DNA of 32,585 bases from Microthyrium microscopicum. Taxonomy: Eukaryota. Positions 25,720 through 32,585 of this stretch are shown here, in pieces (positions within the stretch are counted from its first letter, which is position 1; the number at the start of each line of letters is the position of its first letter). Under the pieces are notes generated by a model that was not told where the DNA came from, ran no database searches, and saw only the letters and a list, made by a program, of their open reading frames with translations. The DNA lies in NCBI GenBank assembly GCA_010405405.1, contig MU004234.1:2109441-2142025 (forward strand), in the 5' to 3' direction. Made by a program: the position numbers and the translations under genes.

Positions 25720-28700
25720 AATAGGTATAGAAGTTAATATACTAGTATAACCCTTCTAGTATTACGTATAATAATAAAGAGAGATAATTAAATATAGACC
25801 TATTTAACTTATATATTTTAGTCTTTTAATATATATTTAACCTAAATAAGTTATATTACTATTCTTATAGACTAATCTTTTTAAATATAGGTATATTAAG
25901 TCTTTTAAATAGCATATAGTTCCTCTTTACTATAAATCTTTATAATTACCTCTAAAGGCCCTTTAATTAAGTATAAAGATTAGTACTAGTAATAAAAACT
26001 CTAGTAAAAGAACTCTCTATAAATAGTCTCTTTACTAGTATAAGATTTACTACTTATCCTAGTTATAACTATACTATATCTAAAACGTTTATAATAGAAG
26101 ATAAAATAATTACGCCTTTTACTATATTCTTATCTTTAGTTACTCTTAAAGCTATAGAAAGAGTTACTACTCTAATATAGTATAAATATAGTTTATAAGA
26201 TAAAATAAATAAGGCTAATAAGTCTTAAAAGTCTAAAAGTAGTATATAATATATAGTTAATAAAGTTATTATATATTTATAATAAAATCTAGGATATTTA
26301 GTAAGTATACTTATACTAGCTTATAAAACTAATAAAAGCTATAACTAGATTAATAAGTATAAACTACTACTTTAAGATACTATTAAGATAAAGTACTAAT
26401 ATTATTATTTAGAGAAAGAAAAGCTCTATAGAGAAGTAAAGCTATAAAGTTAACTAGAGAAAGAACTAGAGTTTACTAGTTAAGTAGTTTCTAGTAGTAT
26501 ATTAAAGAATAAAATAAATAAGTTATTTTAAGAAATAGCTTTTAGAAGTAAAATATATAACTTACTTAGTTAGAAGGTAAAGGATTATAAATTACTAATA
26601 AAAAATATTAATAATCTTAAAGGCTTTATACCTAGCTAGTAGAAAGTAATACTTAAGAAGCTACTATATAATAAAATAAAAGGTATTAAAAATCTTCTAG
26701 GTAGTAAAGTTAAAGTATACTTTTAAAGTATCTTAGAAGTTATTAAATTCTTTATCTTCTATAGGCCTTTTACTAAAGACCTCTACTTTAAGCTTATAAT
26801 ATAAAAAGATAAAGATAGTAAGTATATCTATACTAATACTTAATTAGTAGAAAGGTAGTAGAAATTATAAGATAAGGTTAATTTAGATATTATGCTTATT
26901 CTTATCTACTAGGAGTTAGATAAGACTATAATATCTAAATAATATAGTAATAACTATATATAGGCTTGCTATATAACTATTTTTAATCTATTAGGAAGTA
27001 TTAGAAGAGCTATAGGAAGACTAAGATTTCTTTTTATTATAGTACTTCCTAAACTAAAAGATATAAATATTAATAGTAAACTTAAGATATTTTATAATAC
27101 TATAAATATTATGTTTAAAGGTTTAATACTACGTATTTAAGTATTATAAAGCTATTTACTAATAAAATATAGAACTTAGAATAATCCTTAAAAGTAGTTA
27201 CGTTATAGTAACTACTAATAGCTAGTTTTAAAGGTATCTTCTAATTCTTACTTATATAAGTATAAATTATAAAGAGCTTATTATAATTATAGATATCTAG
27301 TCTAAATATTACTATTCTATTTACTTAGTACTATAACTATATTAGTAAAACCTTACTAGTAAATAGGCTTATTAAACTTATATAACTTTATAAGAGAATA
27401 TATTAAAATAGGAAGCACTTTGCTATACTAATTAAAAAAGAGAGTATACTAAGTAGCTTACTACTACTAATAATACTAAAGATAAAAACTATATCTATAA
27501 AATTTATAATTTTATTTAGAATTATTCTTTATTAAATATTTATATAGTAATTACTTTTAATTTACTATATATATTCTTTTTAAATAGACTAGTTAAGTAA
27601 GTAATAGACTAGATAGCCTAAATTATTTTAAAAAAGAGAGTACTAGTAATATCTATAATACTAGTAGCTAAAATAAAGAATAATAGAACTATATAGAAAA
27701 CCTATACCTATAAGACGCTAAAGACTAAGAGGAAAGATAGTAATATACTAAAGACTAAGTAAGAAAAGAAAAAGAAGAAGTCTATATTTAGTATAAAAGT
27801 AAAGTCTATAATTAATTATAGGTTTTTATAGTATTCTATTTATCTAGGCTTTCTAAGGATAGCTTAAGGCTACTATAACGTTTAATAAAAGACTAGCCTA
27901 GAATTATAAGTACTTTTAAAGTAACTTATAGCTACCTTAGCTCTACTCTTAAACTTAAAGAACTTAATTATAATAAAATTTATTAAAGCTTTAATAGATA
28001 TTATTATACTTTCTAGCTATAAGTTATATAATAAGAATATACTTAAATATATATAAGTCTATTTATAAATTATAGAATATACTAAAATAGTAATATATAA
28101 GTATAAGACTCTTTAAGCTAAGTTTAAAGAACTTAATTTCCCTAAGTTCTATAACCTAATTTACTTTATACTATCTATTTATATATTTAGTACTATAGAT
28201 AGAACTAGTTCTAGCATTATAGAAAAGTTATATTAAGAGTATACTATACTAGTAATAAAATAAACTAACTTTTAACCTAGTTAGTACGTTTAGATAATTT
28301 ACTATTTTACTAATTATATTAAGAATATAATCTAGAATAATAATAATAATTATAACTATTAAGTCTATAATGTTACTAAGAAGAAGATTATATTTAAAAG
28401 AACTTATCTTATAATTATTCTATTAAGTATACCTAAATATAGTTTATAACTCTAATTATATTATATAGATAAACTATATAATAAAGATATTTATAAATTT
28501 AGTATACTTCTTACTAAAGACATTAATAAATAGGCTAAGCTTAATAACCTTAAAAGTTATTTATATAGCTAGTTAATTAATTACTATAAAGAAAACCTTA
28601 AGAAGCGCTAGTCTTTTCTAAAGCTAATACTATTATATATATAGAGTAAAGAAATATACTTAGATAAAGATCTTATTAATAATAAACTAAACTTTATATA

Positions 28701-29589
28701 CTCTAGTAAAGTATTATATCTTAATACTTTTTAGCTAAGTTACCTTATTATAATACTATATAGTAATATAACCTATATAATAAATAATAATAAGAATAAT
28801 ATATAACTCTTTATAGCTTACTATAAATAGAAATAGCAAAAAAGTAAGAATAATAGTTAATAGTATAATAAAGTCTTAATTAAAAACTACTAGTAATATA
28901 ACTTTATATAGGCTTAAGCCTATCTTATATCTAAGAAAGAGCTTAATAATAATTTTAATCTTTTAGGTTAACTTCTTATATAACTACTTATTATTTATAT
29001 AGTATATAATATAAATTAAATAATAAAAGATTTTAAATTATAACGTAGATATACTAAATTTCTTATAACTTTAGTTTAAGAGTATATACTAATCTTAAGA
29101 AAAGCTATAAAACTTATATTTAATAAACTATTAAGTCTTATATTATTTAAGCTAGTTATAAAGTTAAAAGTATATAAACTAAATAAACTATTAACTATTA
29201 TATATATAGTTCCTTATAAAAACTTAAAGTATCTTAATTACTATTAGTTAAATTTATACTCTAATTATAATAATTATACTAGAATATATAACTTAGTTAT
29301 TTTTAGCAAATAAGGAATTAAGATAACTAAGACTAAAACTATAGCAAGATATAAAGCCCTAGAAAAAAAGAATAGAGAGCTTTATAAAGCTTAGGTTAAA
29401 GTTTATCTTAAGAAGCTTACTAATAAAATAAAGAAAATAAAGTATAATAATAAAAAAGAAGTAGAAAATAAAGAGAATAAACTAGATAGTAGCAAAAAAG
29501 ATAAGTAAGAGACTAGTAAAGATAGTAAAGAAGAGACTAGTAATAATAATAAAAAAAATAGTAGTAATAATAGCAAAAATATATAATAA
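25720..29589 (+). pseudogene. Plavaka-family (CACTA/EnSpm-related) DNA transposase, RIP-inactivated
   Basis: Colinear family motifs: VYF*SILEVIKFFIFYRPF...ER**KL*D (26715-26873); ELDKT...*ACYITIFNLLGSIRR (D at 26919, cf. SDKT...WPVYLTIGNLP..IR); TTNS*F*RYLLIL...INYKE (27265, cf. ADG..R.C.PIL...DYPE); ITFNLLY (27559, cf. PDLLH); LNFPKFYNLIYF...IFSTIDRTSSSIIEKLY (28132-28233, cf. FNIPKLH..HY..FG..DG..TE.LH); a C-terminal IYIVP...*LNLYSN block; and a formerly acidic tail. The 5' end is uncertain. Confidence 0.88.
27121..27172 (+). other. 52-nt spliceosomal intron in the transposase
   Basis: GT at 27121, branch-like TACTAAT near 27157 and TAG ending at 27172. Removing it joins the two motif-bearing frames (MFK-E-LRIILK). 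Confidence 0.7.
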
Positions 29590-30003
29590 AATAAAAGTCT
29601 AATAAACGTTTTATTACCTAAGAATTATATATTTTATAAACTACTAAGTATTATTATTATTATTATAATATTATCTCCTAAATAATTTAGTTTTATTAGT
29701 ATTAGTTATAGACTTAAATATAATAGTTAGTACAATATAGAATATAATAGAATAAATTAACCTAGGAACTTTAGAAATATATATTTATATAGAATAGTAT
29801 ATATATAAAAAGCAAAATTATTTATTCTTTTTAATAGCTTTTAATTCATAATTCTTTAAATAAAATAATAAGCTATTAATTTTAAATTTTTTTTCTTTAA
29901 TACTTATAGTAATTTAAACTTATTTTACTTCTTTACCTTACTTTTAATATATATATCTTCTCTATACTTTATCTTAAGCTTCTATAGAAAGCTTATCTAG
30001 TTA

Positions 30004-30013
30004 NNNNNNNNNN
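30004..30013. other. Assembly gap (10 N)
   Basis: Run of n in the sequence. Confidence 1.
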
Positions 30014-30741
30014 AATATAGTAAAGTCTTAACTAAAAACTATTAGTAATATAACTTTATATAGGCTTAGGCCTATCCTATATCTAAGAAAGAGCTTAATA
30101 ATAATTTTAGTCTTTTAAGTTAACTTTCTATATAACTACTTATTATTTATATAGTATATAATATAAATTAAATAATAAGAGATTTTAAATTATAACGTAG
30201 ATATACTAAATTTCTTATAGCTTTAGTTTAGGAGTATATACTAATCTTAAGAAAAGCTATAGAACTTATATTTAATAGGCTATTAAGTTTTATATTATTT
30301 AAGCTAGCTATAAAGTTAAAAGTATATAAACTAAATAAACTATTAACTATTATATATATAGTTCCTTATAGAGACTTAAAGTATTTTAATTACTATTAGT
30401 TAAATCTATATCTTAATTATAATAATTATACTAGAATATATAACTTAGTTACTTTTAGTAAATAAGGAATTAAAGTAGCTAAGGCTAAAACTATAGTAAG
30501 ATATAAGGCCTTAGAGAAAAAGAATAGAGAGCTTTATAAAGCCTAGGTTAAAGTTTATCTTAAGAAGCTTACTAATAGAATAAAGAGAATAAAACATAGT
30601 AATAGAAAAGAAGTAGAAAATAGAGAAAATAAACTAGATAGTAGTAAAGAGAATAAATAGGAGACTAATAAAGATAGTAAAGAAGAGACTAGTAATAATA
30701 GTAAAAAAGATAGTAGTAATAATAGTAAAGATATATAGTAA
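30014..30741 (+). pseudogene. Second copy of the 3' end of the Plavaka transposase
   Basis: Colinear with 28862-29589. Confidence 0.8.
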
Positions 30742-32585
30742 AATAAAGATCTAATAGATATTTTATTACTTAAGAGTTATATATTTTATAGACTACTAAG
30801 TATTATTATTATTATTATAATATTATCTTCTAAGTAATTTAGTTTTATTAGCATTAGTTATAGACTTAAATATAATAGTTAGTATAATATAAAATATAAT
30901 AGAATAAATTAACTTAAGAACTTTAGGAATATATATTTATATAGAATAGTATATATATAAAAGATAAAATTATCTATTCTTTTTAATAGCTTTTAATTTA
31001 TAATTCTTTAAATAAAATAATAGGCTATTAATTTTAAATTCTTTTTCTTTAGTACTTATAATAATCTAAACTTATTTTACTTCTTTACCTTACTTCTAAT
31101 ATATATATCTTCTCTATACTTTATTTTAAGCTTCTATAGAGAGCTTATCTAGTTACTAGACTTAAATATTACCTAATAATTATTTACTACTTATAGTAAT
31201 AATTAAAATAGTAACTATTTACTTTTATTATATATCTTTATTATCTTAGTTTCTAATAACCTTCTTTATTTATAATAACTTACTTAATTAATTAATAGCT
31301 TTACTACTACTTATTATAATACTATTATATCTTTTGTTTAATTCTATTATAAACTATATACTATAGTCTTTAAGATAATTAAAAACTATACTTAACTCTC
31401 TTAGTACTTTTATTTAAAGTATACTCTTATTTAAAAAATATAAATTATAAATACCTAGAATTCTAGACTACTCTTTAACTTTTTAAAGTTATTATACTAA
31501 CTAAATTAATCCTTAAGCTAGAAAAGAATAATAATAATACTCTAGACTTAGATATAGAATCTTCCTTAGAAACTAATTAAACTAAACTTAAGTATAAAGT
31601 CTACTTAGACTTCTATACTACTTATTAGCAAAACCTTAGTTCTACTAAATAGACTACTAGCTAACTTATAAATACTATATTATTAAACTCTTCTTAATAA
31701 GATATAGTCCTAAAAGTAAATAAGTAAGTTATTACTATATAAGTATATAAAAACTAGATCTTTAAGTAGAGCCTTAGCGTCTTTCTAAAAATAGTTAAGC
31801 TATTAGTACTAGTACTAATAATAGAAGAGAAAATATAGGTATAGTATTTTAATATATATTAAGATATTTATAGAGCGCTAAATCTATAGCTATTTATATA
31901 ATATATACTATATTATAGTCTAGTTAGAGTATAGTAGAAATCTTCTCTTTTTAGCTATAAATAGTAAAGCTTATAATAAAGAGATAGTTATTATATAAAG
32001 ATATAAGGTATCTTTTTTTAAATAGATAAGGAAAAAGGATAAAATATAGGTATAGATAATACGTTATTTAAGAAAAGTAGGAATAAAAGTTTAATATAGG
32101 CTTAATAGAATTCGTAGTTTTATTAAAATATCTTTAATTTCTCTATTTTTAAGTAAGTAGAACTTTATAGTTAAAGCTTTTAGATCTACTTTTTATATCT
32201 TAGTAGGTATAAAGCTAGGTTTCTTTTAGTATAGTACGTTCTAGATATTAGTACTTAATTTTTTTAAGTTATTATAGATAAGTATATTAATATTAGTTAA
32301 TTAGCTCCTATTTTACTTCTTCTATATATTAAACCTACTCTACTAGTACTACTTATTATCTTCTAGCTAGCTCTTAATTAATAATTACGTTAGCTTTAGT
32401 AACTAATTAATTCTTATCTTACTATAGATAGTAACACTTTTTCTACTTAATACTATAGATGTAGTAGAACTAATTAACTATATTTATAATTAATTTTCTA
32501 GTATATTAGTATAAGATAGAAACTTAAAAAGTATAGCTTACTATATATAGTAGTAGCTAGTATCTAGTTTAATTATTAATTTATA

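Larger units (their letters stand above)
28862..31155 (+). repeat. 1142-bp direct duplication (28862-30003 matches 30014-31155) across an assembly gap
   Basis: The offset is 1152 at the start, middle (29401/30553) and end (29991/31143). The mismatches inspected are C/T or G/A transitions in both directions. Confidence 0.95.
1..32585. mobile_element. Heavily RIP-mutated repeat block, probably the interior of a large multi-gene mobile element
   Basis: TpA excess and near absence of CA, TG and CG are uniform across the window. Fossil ORFs are interrupted by TAA/TAG but keep frame. A transposase relic is present, and duplicated segments differ by transitions where compared. Confidence 0.8.

Noticed and set aside
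25750..25935. N-terminal C2H2 zinc finger of the transposase (PF*YYV...KYR...*HIVPLY)
   Set aside because: It requires several assumed Tyr>Cys/His reversions and an intron whose boundaries I could not make frame-consistent.
1..32585. Organellar or naturally AT-rich genome with an alternative genetic code (TAA/TAG read as Gln)
   Set aside because: The specific loss of CA/TG, the corrupted catalytic motifs (e.g. DEAA to NKVV) and the transition-type differences between copies fit RIP rather than recoding. No rRNA, tRNA or organellar genes were seen.
1..32585. Starship captain (DUF3435 tyrosine recombinase), LTR/LINE reverse transcriptase or Helitron Rep
   Set aside because: No such motifs were recognised in the frames I translated, and the SF1 helicase is Upf1-like rather than PIF1-like. 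They could still lie outside the window or be hidden by mutation.
31156..32585. Additional ORFs downstream of the transposase
   Set aside because: Partly protein-like frames exist on both strands, but none has a motif or a clear frame preference.

Overview
The whole window is extremely AT-rich (about 10-22% GC in the lines I spot-counted), saturated with TpA and almost devoid of CpA, TpG and CpG. This is the signature of fungal (ascomycete-type) repeat-induced point mutation (RIP). No intact gene survives. Reading stops as Gln/Trp/Arg and reversing C>T and G>A changes recovers long single-frame fossil ORFs. Three are recognisable: a SNF2/SWI2-family SF2 ATPase (minus strand, about 17500 to 11550), a Upf1/DNA2-like SF1 helicase (plus strand, about 20121-25151) and a Plavaka-family DNA transposase with one clear intron (plus strand, about 25720-29589). 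Several unidentified fossil ORFs, many with in-frame tandem repeats, are packed around them. The 3' end of the transposase region occurs twice, on either side of a 10-N gap, as independently mutated copies. The best interpretation, which is an inference, is the interior of a giant (>32 kb) multi-copy mobile element carrying a transposase plus helicase cargo and killed by RIP. Its ends are not visible. All de-RIPed protein sequences are manual reconstructions and ORF boundaries are approximate.
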